Shown: piece after piece, positions 1-9,182 of the stretch
How the letters are laid out: each line of letters starts with the position of its first letter
Position numbering within the stretch: the first letter of the stretch is position 1
NCBI GenBank assembly: GCA_032128875.1
Contig: JAVLKG010000005.1
Location: 192,001 to 256,000 of the forward strand
Reading direction: 5' to 3'
Length of the DNA stretch: 64,000 nt
DNA from: Candidatus Melainabacteria bacterium 17Bon1m
Lineage (GTDB): Bacteria; Cyanobacteriota; Vampirovibrionia; Obscuribacterales; Obscuribacteraceae
Translations under genes and position numbers: made by a program
Notes under the pieces: generated by a model
The model's database searches: none
The model's input: the letters and a program-made list of their open reading frames with translations, nothing else
Told to the model about the DNA's origin: nothing

Positions 1-1546
1 GCTCAGGTGGTGCCGGGGGCTCGAACTGCTGAGATGGCGGCGTAGGAGCCGGACCGGTCATGTATGGTGCCGGGGGCGGTGTCAGAAAAGGAGATGATGC
101 CGAGGGTGTCGGTGTCGGAATGAAAGGCGAAGATTCCGCTGCCGGTGGCGTGAACGGTGTTCCTCCTGGACCTGGCATCGCCGCAGGCGGTGGTGGTGGC
201 GGTGGAGGACTGGGCTCAGGTGAGAACGACGGTTCAGGCGGCTTGGGCGGCTCGGGTATATCTTTGATCGCTGCATCATTCGCTGACTGTACAACCGAAG
301 AGAACATATCGCCTGCTGACGAAGGTGACAAAGGTAAAGAAGTCGGAGCAAAGCTGGAAGAGGGGGTTGGCTCTGCCGGTTTGGGTGGCTCAATTGTCGG
401 CGGCTCAGGAGGTTTTGGTGGCGCCTGTGGTTCGCTTGATGCTGTCGGTGACGAAAGGAAAGGGGACGACTTGAATGGATCTGCCGGAGGCGCAGGAGGC
501 GTTGCAGGGCTAGAAGTCGAACTCACCGGCGAGAAGGTACCGGAAGTAGTTGGTGCTGCCGTTGCCGAGCTAGAAGGAGACACAGGCGTAATTGTTGGCG
601 CTGGGGGCGCTGGAATCTCCTCTTCCTCATCTACATCAGTATCTAGTCTTTCAGCGTTTGAAAAGGAAGGTACTTCGCCTGTTGTCTCATCGGCTGAACG
701 CGCGCTAACCAAAGCAGATTCATCTTCTGCGATTTCTTCATCGAGCTCTTCTTCCTCGAGCAATGCATCGGCTTCTTCCTCGCTCATTCCAACAGAAGGT
801 GCGGGCGCAGGTGGCGGAGCAGGGGGTGCAGGCGGCGGCGGTGCATTGGGCTCTCCAATAATGCTGCGGCGCTCGGGTGCTCCTAGTGGAGTCGACAAGC
901 CGGAGCCTGGAGTGGAGAAAGAACTCGAAGAAGGACCGACTTCAAAAGTTGATTCTTTCGGCGTTGCCGGCGCACCAATTATCGACGTCCTCTGGGGCGG
1001 CGGTGGAGGTGGGGGCGGCGGAGTGAATTCCACAGGAGGACCGGCGGAAAAATCAGGACCAATTGAAATTTCTTGCGGTGGAGCAGCTTTTGGCTCCGGC
1101 GCGAATTCGCGTTGCATGGGCTGCCATGGCGAAGACGGTTCGCCTTGCAGCTCTTGCTTGAGGGTGATGGAAATGAGCAATTGCCTCAATTCATCGATTT
1201 GTCTGGAAATTTCGATGAAGCGACGCTCGGTAAAATTGCGGAAGCCAATCAAGGCTTCGTTGAGAACTTCCGGATTTCCAGGCGGCGGCGGCAGGCCGAT
1301 GAGCTTCGGCGTAACGAGACCTTCGGCTTCCAGCTGCGGGCGGATCTGAGACGTAGGCCAGCCTTGCTCGACCAGCTCTTTGATTCGCTCAAGGACCGAC
1401 ATATCTTCAGAGCGGTATTGCCTCTGTTGCCCTCGCCCGCGCTTAATCTCAAGACCGAACATTAGCTCCCAGCGTCTCAACTGGTGAACTGAGAGCCCTA
1501 ATTTGGCTGCTACAGCATTGATTGAAAGCATATCGGCTTGGGACAT
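1..1546 (-). CDS. MerR-type HTH protein with a long Pro-rich low-complexity tail (3' end beyond window)
   Basis: Not in the ORF track. Manual translation from ATG 1546: MSQADMLSINAVAAKLGLSVHQLRRWELMFGLEIKRGRGQQRQYRSEDMSVLERIKELVEQGW (MerR HTH pattern), then a helical segment and Pro/Glu/Ser-rich sequence towards the window edge. Confidence 0.85.
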   Translation of the reverse strand, partial: MSQADMLSINAVAAKLGLSVHQLRRWELMFGLEIKRGRGQQRQYRSEDMSVLERIKELVEQGWPTSQIRPQLEAEGLVTPKLIGLPPPPGNPEVLNEALIGFRNFTERRFIEISRQIDELRQLLISITLKQELQGEPSSPWQPMQREFAPEPKAAPPQEISIGPDFSAGPPVEFTPPPPPPPPPQRTSIIGAPATPKESTFEVGPSSSSFSTPGSGLSTPLGAPERRSIIGEPNAPPPPAPPAPPPAPAPSVGMSEEEADALLEEEELDEEIAEDESALVSARSADETTGEVPSFSNAERLDTDVDEEEEIPAPPAPTITPVSPSSSATAAPTTSGTFSPVSSTSSPATPPAPPADPFKSSPFLSSPTASSEPQAPPKPPEPPTIEPPKPAEPTPSSSFAPTSLPLSPSSAGDMFSSVVQSANDAAIKDIPEPPKPPEPSFSPEPSPPPPPPPPAAMPGPGGTPFTPPAAESSPFIPTPTPSASSPFLTPPPAPYMTGPAPTPPSQQFEPPAPPE

Positions 1547-1735
1547 GAAACGACTCCAGAAGTAGGTTGTTCTACCATTATATACACTAACTAGCGCAGG
1601 TGGCGTAGCTCCGATACTTGCTTATTGAAACGTTGGTAACTCCTTAACTGGTTTGGGTTTTAAGCTTCTGGCATCGTTCAGTCCTATGCTTTTTAATCAC
1701 CCCAAAAGATACTAAATTGTGTAGTATTAACGAGC

Positions 1736-1775
1736 AAAAATGAAAGGGAGGAGCACCCGAAGGTGCCCGCTCCCT
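1736..1775 (-). terminator. Probable intrinsic terminator of the 1848-2291 gene
   Basis: Imperfect inverted repeat GGGAGGAGCACC-CGAA-GGTGCCCGCTCCC next to an A-rich run (T-rich on minus). Confidence 0.55.
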
Positions 1776-1847
1776 CCGAACATCGCTCTCAACCGAAGTC
1801 ATCATCTGACTTCAGCTGAAAACCTCGGTTCGGCCGAGTTTCTGGGC

Positions 1848-2291
1848 TCAGTAGCCGTCGATGACGTGCTGCCGACCGTAGCTGTCGCGGTACACGTAGG
1901 CACCGAAATAGCTGTCCCAGTAGGCGACCACGCGAACGCGAACCGGTCGATCCTCCCACCCGTAGCGGGTGCGGATCTGGCGGTACTCCAGCACGGTGAC
2001 CGTGATGGTCTGTGGCGCTCTGTTGTAGTAACGGTCGCCGTAGTAGTAACGGCCGCCACGGTAGTCCGGGTAGCCGTACACGTCGTTGCGCGGATAGCGA
2101 CGATAGTCACCACCCCAGTGGCCGCCGTGGCGGTAGCCGTGGTTCCAGTTGGGGTTGCCGCGATACGAGCCGATCGAAACGCCGAAGCCGTCACGACCGA
2201 CGTAAACGCCGACGTTCTGGGCGTTTGCCGGGGTTGCCGCGAAGCCGATCATCATGCCGACGAACGCGAGAGCAATTGCTAGCTTTCTCAT
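1848..2291 (-). CDS. Secreted Tyr/Gly/Arg-rich small protein
   Basis: Signal peptide ending ANA, then VGVYVGRDGFGVSIG and aromatic-rich sequence; AGGAG RBS. Confidence 0.85.
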   Translation of the reverse strand: MRKLAIALAFVGMMIGFAATPANAQNVGVYVGRDGFGVSIGSYRGNPNWNHGYRHGGHWGGDYRRYPRNDVYGYPDYRGGRYYYGDRYYNRAPQTITVTVLEYRQIRTRYGWEDRPVRVRVVAYWDSYFGAYVYRDSYGRQHVIDGY

Positions 2292-2901
2292 ACAGTCTCC
2301 TGTGATTTTTAGAGCGACGAAAACCCACCTGCGCGCTTGCCTCGCACATGTGTGAACTCGTTTATGCTCCGGTTATTGGTAGGTGAAAGACCTTGCAAAG
2401 CCAAGCCTACCGCTCAGTTTTGCAAGCTTCTGATTCCCAATCTGCAGTACCCGTGTGTCTTCCCCTCGCTTGCGCGAAAAGAAAGAGAGCTAGAAAGTGG
2501 CAAGGGTGAGCGCTTTCTTGGCAGGTATTTACGGACTAGGTCTTGAATAAAGAACAGAAGTATTTTGAAGCTAGCAAAGCTGCTCATGCCAACTCAATGC
2601 CACTGGGTGGCAACTTTGCACCTAAGTGTGGAAAACACGATGCGCGCTTTACAATTGGCATTGCCAAAAGCGTCAGCCTGCCGGGTTTTTCAATCTGCCT
2701 GCGCTAATGCCGCAAGCGGTTGCATTGCAGCAACATCTTGTCGTGAAGCACTTTTCTTCCCTTTCTCAGTGAAAGGTTTCGCACCTAACTTCGATCAAGC
2801 CCGACCAAAAAGCCGTAATATATGGGCTCGCTAATGTCCGGTGCCGCCTTCTGCAGTGCCGAACAAAACTCCGTCGGGCGAAATCACAAAGGTCGGCAAT
2901 C

Positions 2902-4164
2902 ATGAAAGAAAACGCGAGACGCGCAATTGTGCTGGTTATTGATGGCTGCGGAATAGGCGCGGCACCGGATGCGGAAGCTTTCGGCGATTCGAACAGCTGC
3001 AACACCCTAGCTAATACCGCACAAAAACTGGGCGGATTGAAGTTGCCTACAATGGAAAAATTAGGCTTGGGCAATATCACCGCTATCAATGGTGTTAAGC
3101 AACTTGACCAGTGCTTCGCACGCTTCGGCAAGCTTGAAGAGTCCTCCAACGGAAAGGACACTCAAACAGGGCACTGGGAGATGATGGGACTGGTAAGCGA
3201 GCAAGCGTTTCCCCTGTACCCTAATGGCTTTCCCCAGGATTTGATCGACGCTTTCATAAAAGAAACCGGCTGCAAGGGCATACTCGGAAATAAGCCTGCA
3301 TCAGGAACCGACATCCTCGAAGAACTCGGTGAAGAGCACAAGAAAACTGGCTATCCGATTGTCTACACTTCCGGCGACAGTGTTTTCCAAATCGCGACCA
3401 ATGTGGAAACCACCGACCTACCAACTCTTTATCGTTGGTGCGAAACTGCCCGCAAACTGCTCGATGGACCGCATCGCGTCGGTCGAGTCATCGCTCGACC
3501 ATTCAAAGGCAGCAAAGGCAATTACACAAGACTGGGTGGAGATCGCCGCGATTACGCTGTTCCACCGCCCAAAAAGACCTTGCTCGATATTCTGCTCGAT
3601 CAAAAAATCGGCGTATACGGCATCGGTAAAATCGAAGATATCTTTGTGAAACAGGGCTTGAGCCATGCCAAACACACAGGCACCAACGTTGAAGGTTTGC
3701 AGTTGACTCTGGATGCCATCACCGGCTCAACCGACTTGAGCTCTTACAAATTGGGTCCGAATATGCCCGACGACATTCAGATGATCTTTACCAACCTTGT
3801 TGATACTGACTCGCTTTACGGGCACAGACGCGATGTTGCAGGCTATGGCAAAGCACTCGTTGAAATTGATCAGTGGTTGGATCGCATTGTGAAAGCCATG
3901 CGCAGAGACGATTTACTGATTATTTCCTCCGACCATGGTAACGACCCGACCGCTCCCGGCACGGACCATACTCGTGAGTTTGTCCCATTCATCGGCTACT
4001 CTCCCGCCTTCATCGAGGGCGACAAGCCGATGGCTCAAAACAAAGCAAACGTTGGAACTCGCGCAGGGTTCATGGATATGGCAGCTACCGTTGCCGATTG
4101 GATGGACATCAAATGGAGCGGGCTCGGCACCTCCGTATTGGAAGGACAGGGAGCGAAAGTCTAG
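2902..4164 (+). CDS. deoB: Phosphopentomutase
   Basis: Motifs VIDGCGIGAAPDA, GKDTQTGHWE, YTSGDSVFQIA, RVIARPF, NLVDTDSLYGHRRD, SDHGNDPT, TDHTRE. Confidence 0.97.
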   Translation: MKENARRAIVLVIDGCGIGAAPDAEAFGDSNSCNTLANTAQKLGGLKLPTMEKLGLGNITAINGVKQLDQCFARFGKLEESSNGKDTQTGHWEMMGLVSEQAFPLYPNGFPQDLIDAFIKETGCKGILGNKPASGTDILEELGEEHKKTGYPIVYTSGDSVFQIATNVETTDLPTLYRWCETARKLLDGPHRVGRVIARPFKGSKGNYTRLGGDRRDYAVPPPKKTLLDILLDQKIGVYGIGKIEDIFVKQGLSHAKHTGTNVEGLQLTLDAITGSTDLSSYKLGPNMPDDIQMIFTNLVDTDSLYGHRRDVAGYGKALVEIDQWLDRIVKAMRRDDLLIISSDHGNDPTAPGTDHTREFVPFIGYSPAFIEGDKPMAQNKANVGTRAGFMDMAATVADWMDIKWSGLGTSVLEGQGAKV

Positions 4165-4174
4165 CTCGGTAACC

Positions 4175-4223
4175 GTAGGGTGACGCCATGCGTCGACCGG
4201 GCAATGCATGGCATCGCCCCTAG
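4175..4223. repeat. GTAG-type REP-like palindrome doublet
   Basis: GTAGGGTGACGCCATGCGTCGACC followed by an inverted relative (reverse complement CTAGGGGCGATGCCATGCATTGCCC). Confidence 0.65.
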
Positions 4224-4268
4224 AAGAACCGCACACAGCAAGTTTATGAAACGTTAGGAGTAACGAAA

Positions 4269-4778
4269 GTGTCAGCAAAAAAACTAATTGATTTCACCGG
4301 TCAGGCTAAGGGTTTCCAAAAGCATGATCGCTTTGACGACAATGTAGTCAACGAGTTGAGAAAAGATGGAGCAGGTGGAGAAGTTGTGGTTATCGACTAT
4401 GCCATCGGTTTAAGCGAACCGGCTATCGTTTCCGATCACTTGAACTTGACCGGTTCGAGCCCTCTTTGCGGACCTAACAACCCAATCGGAGAGCGCTTCC
4501 CGGTGGTTAACGACATTTATGTTTGCGACGATGCGAAGTTGCCGAAAGGACTTCAATCATTGAAGAAAATTGTTATTGCAGGCTTGAAAGACGGCGTAAA
4601 AACCGGCGAAAAGGAACTTGAGCTGATTAAGTCGATGGGTGCGGAAGCCTTTTGTAAGAACGTCGTGCACACGATGATCGTGGCAGCTCATGCTAAAAAG
4701 AAAGTTCTTGCGATTGTTGTTCCGGAAGGAAAAACATTGAGCGCAGACCTTTTGGCTGCGATTGCTGAATTGAATTAA
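4269..4778 (+). CDS. Short, degenerate purine nucleoside phosphorylase-like protein
   Basis: Keeps SDHLNLTGSSPLCGPNNPIGERFP and ELELIKSMGAEA...IVAAHA..KVLAI; lacks GSG, GRxHxYEG, YET, GMST and TN motifs. GTG start with AGGAG RBS. Confidence 0.8.
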   Translation: MSAKKLIDFTGQAKGFQKHDRFDDNVVNELRKDGAGGEVVVIDYAIGLSEPAIVSDHLNLTGSSPLCGPNNPIGERFPVVNDIYVCDDAKLPKGLQSLKKIVIAGLKDGVKTGEKELELIKSMGAEAFCKNVVHTMIVAAHAKKKVLAIVVPEGKTLSADLLAAIAELN

Positions 4779-4779
4779 C

Positions 4780-4804
4780 GGTCGACGCGTGGCGTCGACC
4801 CTAC
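4780..4804 (-). repeat. GTAG-type REP-like palindrome
   Basis: Reverse complement GTAGGGTCGACGCCACGCGTCGACC, near-identical to 4175-4198. Confidence 0.7.
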
Positions 4805-4850
4805 AGAAACTTTCGAAAACTAGCTATTTATCGAACTAAGCGAGGATGAA

Positions 4851-5678
4851 ATGAGTCAAGCAGTTGCAGACAGAGCTGAGAATGCGGTTGCCTATTTGAA
4901 GGACAAAGTTACTGGTATACCGGCAGCAGCAGTGGTTTTAGGCTCCGGTGTCAGTGTTCTGGAAGGGCTTGTCGATAGCAAGAGTTTTCCATTCCTGGAC
5001 GTTTTTGGAATCTCTCCCAGTGTTCATGGACACTCAGGCAATGTCACCGTCGGTCGTTTGAGCGAAGCTGAAGATGCGCCGCTTATAGCTGTTTTCCGCG
5101 GTCGCTTCCATCTCTACGAAGGTCATGACTGGTCTGTAGTCACACTGGCTGCACGTGTCGTCGCTCTCTGGGGCGTGAAGAAACTCTTGTTGACGAACGC
5201 TGCAGGTGGACTCAACAAGGACTATCATGTCGGCGATTTAATGGTGCTCACCGGTTACAGAGACCATCTGAGTCCTGAACTGGCTCAGACGGGTTTGCTG
5301 TCAGCCATCGCAAAGCCGACGACAAAATGCAGCAATGCGCTTAGTGATGAGCTTTTGAAAGTCGGTGAACAACTGGCGAAAGACGACAAAGAGTTTCGCC
5401 CGCTTAGACAGGGCACGTACTGTGCGCTGGCTGGCCCTAACTACGAAACGATGGCGGAAATCGAGATGTTGCGCCGTCTGAAAGGCGATGCAGTCGGTAT
5501 GTCCACTGTTCCTGAAATGCTCGCAGTAGAAGGCACAGGGACAATGGCTGCTGCCGTTTCAGTCATCACCAATGTCTGGCGCGAAGACGAGCCTATGGGC
5601 GGTCATGAGGAAGTTCTCGAAGCTTCGAAGATGGCGTCCAAGAGACTCGATCAGCTCTTCAGAAAAGTTCTCGGTTAA
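4851..5678 (+). CDS. punA: Purine nucleoside phosphorylase, trimeric (PNP-I/XapA) family
   Basis: VLGSG, VHGH, GRFHLYEG, LTNAAGG, GPNYET, DAVGMSTVPE, SVITN, HEEV; downstream of deoB. Confidence 0.92.
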   Translation: MSQAVADRAENAVAYLKDKVTGIPAAAVVLGSGVSVLEGLVDSKSFPFLDVFGISPSVHGHSGNVTVGRLSEAEDAPLIAVFRGRFHLYEGHDWSVVTLAARVVALWGVKKLLLTNAAGGLNKDYHVGDLMVLTGYRDHLSPELAQTGLLSAIAKPTTKCSNALSDELLKVGEQLAKDDKEFRPLRQGTYCALAGPNYETMAEIEMLRRLKGDAVGMSTVPEMLAVEGTGTMAAAVSVITNVWREDEPMGGHEEVLEASKMASKRLDQLFRKVLG

Positions 5679-5862
5679 CGTCTGAAAACTGTTTTTGTTC
5701 TCAAATAACGCCGGTATTTGGATTCGACGGCGTTGTTTGCATTCGACGATGCTGCTTTGTAATTGAAAACAGAGCCGATGATGCCACCAATTACGGTGTC
5801 GTATGTGGTTGTGTCGTCGAACCCTCCTTGGATATACGATATAGAATCGTAGGGGTGGGCGT

Positions 5863-5893
5863 AAAAAACGAATGCCTCAGAACGAGGCATTCG
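5863..5893 (-). terminator. Intrinsic terminator
   Basis: Perfect 10-bp stem CGAATGCCTC-AGAAC-GAGGCATTCG next to A6 (T6 on minus). Confidence 0.8.
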
Positions 5894-5987
5894 CCCGCGC
5901 TAGACCAGTCGCCCGGCATCCGCCACCAAAGGTGACCAATGCCGAGCTCCTGGCTGCACGGTAAAGCTTGACTTGAATCAGGCGCCG

Positions 5988-6557
5988 TTACTGGGTCTGA
6001 TGATCCTGGCAGTGTCCGCAGTTGTTGCAGCAATCGCCGGCGAGGGGCGTTGAGCAATTCCAACAGGCAGGCACCGTCCCCGGAAGATGGTGGTCGTTGG
6101 TGTAGACGACCGGGGGCGTGGTGCTGCGCGCGGCACTTTCCTGGAGCTTCTGCTCCAGCGTGGCGGCGTATGAAACAGGGTCGAGCAGATGGAACTTGAA
6201 CGTTCCGACCACTTGCCCGCCCGCGCTATCACGGCGCACAAGCACCGTCATCTCGCTGGGGAAGGGGTTGCGATTCTGGCTGCGGCTGCCACCAATGAGG
6301 TTGCGCAGCAGGCTGCCAGCGCCGGACGGCTTGGAAGCCGCGGGCACATCGATGGGAGTGGCGGGCTCGTCGAGCGCGACACAGGAAACCTCCTCACCGT
6401 CCACCTCGATGCACGCGTGGAAGCCAGGCTTCATCGCGAACGCGAGCATCTGAGGGATGGTGCCTTGTGGCACGCTGACGAATGTGGTGGTTCCGTCTTG
6501 TTCGACAAACCGATCGAACGTCTTGCGAGCGGTATCACATACTCGGACTGTGATCAT
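5988..6557 (-). CDS. Hypothetical protein with C-terminal Cys-rich zinc ribbon
   Basis: Start moved to ATG 6557 (GGAGG RBS); ends CWNCSTPLAGDCCNNCGHCQD. Confidence 0.75.
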   Translation of the reverse strand: MITVRVCDTARKTFDRFVEQDGTTTFVSVPQGTIPQMLAFAMKPGFHACIEVDGEEVSCVALDEPATPIDVPAASKPSGAGSLLRNLIGGSRSQNRNPFPSEMTVLVRRDSAGGQVVGTFKFHLLDPVSYAATLEQKLQESAARSTTPPVVYTNDHHLPGTVPACWNCSTPLAGDCCNNCGHCQDHQTQ

Positions 6558-7221
6558 ATGCGTTTCTTCCTCCGAGAAAGCTCTCCGGCTGCAATTGCCT
6601 TCGAGGTTCTCTCTTGTGTTGCCTTCGTCATGAATCAAAGGCGGGGTTGAAGCGCCAAAGCCCAGTTGCAGGATTTCAATCCGCGCAGGGCAATGCCACC
6701 GCTCTGGTTTTTCTCAGCGGAGGCATGGGCGAATAAGCACGAAGCGACCAAGCACGATTGCTTGCGCCGCCATGGTTAGACTCGTCGTCAATCGTTTCGC
6801 TAAGCGTCAATCCAAACTTCCGTAACAAGTGCAAATTCGACAAGCTGTTTGCCTGTCGTTAAAGAGCGCTGGTTTGGGTGGAAATAGGGCTGGAAGTGGG
6901 CTGAAGCTCAGAAAGAACGAGAGAGAGATGAGTACGAATAACCTAACAACAGAACCTCTCCATGCCTAACGAGATCCTTCAAATCCCGCTTATCCAGGGG
7001 ATAAAGGAAAGGTTAAGACTCCTACGCTCGCGAGAAAATTGGAGGTTTGTGCAAATCCGAAGCCGCACATCTGGAGCGGGACTTCGGCGCTGTCTCCAGT
7101 TGGCTGCAAGAGCCCTGAGGTTAGCGCGAAGTGCCCGCCCCTGTGCGTCTATTAATCTCAGGCGATGCTCGTTTTGCTAGCGCAACTACGCTTCACAAAC
7201 TTTACGAAGCACCACCGGCGG

Positions 7222-8337
7222 TTACGATTTTCCTTCACTCGACTCGGGTTCGCCTGTGGCTGCAGGACCCGTAGCCGCCGGGCTGGACGCGCCCAACTGG
7301 TCAGTGCACGGGCAATAGCCGGAAGTGTGCACGACGACGCGATCGTGGCAGTGAGCCGGATCACGCATTGCCGTGATTTTCTTGAGCAGCTTTTCGGCTG
7401 CCTTCGAATTGCCGGCGTCATACGGGTTCAGATCCAGGTGCATGCGCACCCAGTACTGGTTGGTGTGGGTGACCGGCCAGCGGCTCGGCAGTTTCAGCTC
7501 GGCCGGGATGTGCTCGGCAGGAATGTTCTGCAGAGCGGCGAGCCAGGCTTCTTGAGAGCGAGTAAGCGGACGTGCCTTCTTTCCGTCTTCGGCTTTACGC
7601 GCAATGAACGCGTTCAAGCCCTCGCGAATCCCCTCGTACGCCAGCTCATGCTCGCCGTAGGTGAAGTTGTAGCCGAGCGTTTTGAAAAAACGCGCCACGT
7701 TGTACCAGCTGGGCACGGCGTCGATGCGATGGTAGCCGATTTCCTTGAGCAGCTTTGCTGCTTGGCGGACGAAGTGCACAGGCACTGCCGACATCGGTCG
7801 AGCCATTTGCCAGGGCGCGCGGCCCAGGAAGAAAGCCTGCGACCAGAGCGACATGTAGGTGTCGCGGTCGTATTGACGCCAGGCATAGAAGTCCGGGTCG
7901 GAGATGAAGTGTCCGACGGAATCTTCGACATCCAGTCCGTCGAGATATGTGGCAGGATCCCAGGAGTAGATGGAGAGCTCGGCGGCCAGAAAGCCTTCAG
8001 GCAAGCGGTTGCAGGCGGGATCGGTGTTGGGGAAGAAGGTCAGAGGAGACGATTGGTCGGTGCCGTCCAGTTGCCGATCGCGTAGAGCGCAGCGGAGAAT
8101 CGGCTTCTCGCTTTGCCAGCCTTCGATCAGAATGCGGATGCCGTCGTTGCGCACAAGAATGCGTCCCTTGTCGGTGACGTATTCATGCGACCGGACGCCA
8201 TCAGCATCTGTGACGGTTGCTTTGGCATCTTTCAGCGACAGTCCAATCAGAGAAAATACAGATGAGTGCACCAAACGGCTCAGAAGTTCCTCGCTAGGAA
8301 CTTGAGCCAGCTTGCTGCTCAGTTTTGTTTTCGACAT
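7222..8337 (-). CDS. Hypothetical protein, possibly GNAT-like fold
   Basis: 371-aa ORF with GAGG RBS and coding-like codon bias; KLLKEIGYHRIDAVPSWYNVARFFKTLGYNF resembles acetyltransferase C-terminal motifs. Confidence 0.75.
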   Translation of the reverse strand: MSKTKLSSKLAQVPSEELLSRLVHSSVFSLIGLSLKDAKATVTDADGVRSHEYVTDKGRILVRNDGIRILIEGWQSEKPILRCALRDRQLDGTDQSSPLTFFPNTDPACNRLPEGFLAAELSIYSWDPATYLDGLDVEDSVGHFISDPDFYAWRQYDRDTYMSLWSQAFFLGRAPWQMARPMSAVPVHFVRQAAKLLKEIGYHRIDAVPSWYNVARFFKTLGYNFTYGEHELAYEGIREGLNAFIARKAEDGKKARPLTRSQEAWLAALQNIPAEHIPAELKLPSRWPVTHTNQYWVRMHLDLNPYDAGNSKAAEKLLKKITAMRDPAHCHDRVVVHTSGYCPCTDQLGASSPAATGPAATGEPESSEGKS

Positions 8338-9182
8338 CTTTCATGCCTCAGGTAGAGACCGTCAACCAGGTGGAAAACCTGGTCAGGTGATTGTTTAACA
8401 GGGGCAGCAAGAGAAATGGGGAAGTGAAGGAAGGACTCAAAAAGTGAGAAGGAATGAAGTGTGCTTGTACCTAACAAGTCCACTGATTCGTCATCAAGAA
8501 GCTAAGAGAAACCTAACTGGCCATAGCTTTAGACCTCTGCCCGGTCTTGAAAACTTTGTGAAAGCTGAAAACCTTTGCCCCAATTCCGATTGCGACAAAG
8601 TCTCGAAGATCCTCTTGGTTTCTGGCTCGCGGTGCTTGCGACACTCGCGCTAGTTATCAAGCGAATCTCTGTTTTCTTTCATCTTCGATTTGGTAAAGAG
8701 TCCCCTGAAAACCCTGTCTAGGCAAGGGTTTTCAAGTCCAGATCTGAAAAGCATGACGGGCCGGGCTTCGTCAGTTAAGTTCACCTTCAGACATATATCT
8801 TGCTTGTATTCATGAGCTTTCTCTAGATTAACTACGCATATTTGTTTTCTCTCTCGCTTAAAGAACCCCAAGTTCCAAAACCCAACCATCATCTGCTTTA
8901 GCTGTTTTCTTCACACCTAACTTCGTTAGGAGTAGTGTGTCGGGAGCAGCATTACTGGTGGTGGCATGGCGAGAAGAACAAGCTGCAGCTTGTAGCGTGT
9001 GTTGATATGACTGTCTCGATGTGCGCACGCCGAGATAGCCTCCGTAACGCAGAATGCGGAGCGGCATCGACACACAAAGCAATCGATCGATTCTTAGTTT
9101 TAGCGACCCAAGCGTTGTTATGAGTGTGCGCTCATCGCAACGCCGCAAGTCGCGTGCCAGTTCTACTGGAGGACCAACAACT

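Noticed and set aside
60-1349. 429-aa Gly-rich plus-strand ORF
   Set aside because: Antisense shadow of the Pro-rich MerR gene on minus.
5712-5735. GGATTCGAC resembling a tmRNA 5' end
   Set aside because: No GGGG start or matching 3' acceptor end seen; it lies inside a hairpin after punA.
7165-8085. Long antisense ORFs (also 13010-14038, 46271-47305, 58202-59089)
   Set aside because: They overlap better-supported genes on the opposite strand and carry no motifs.
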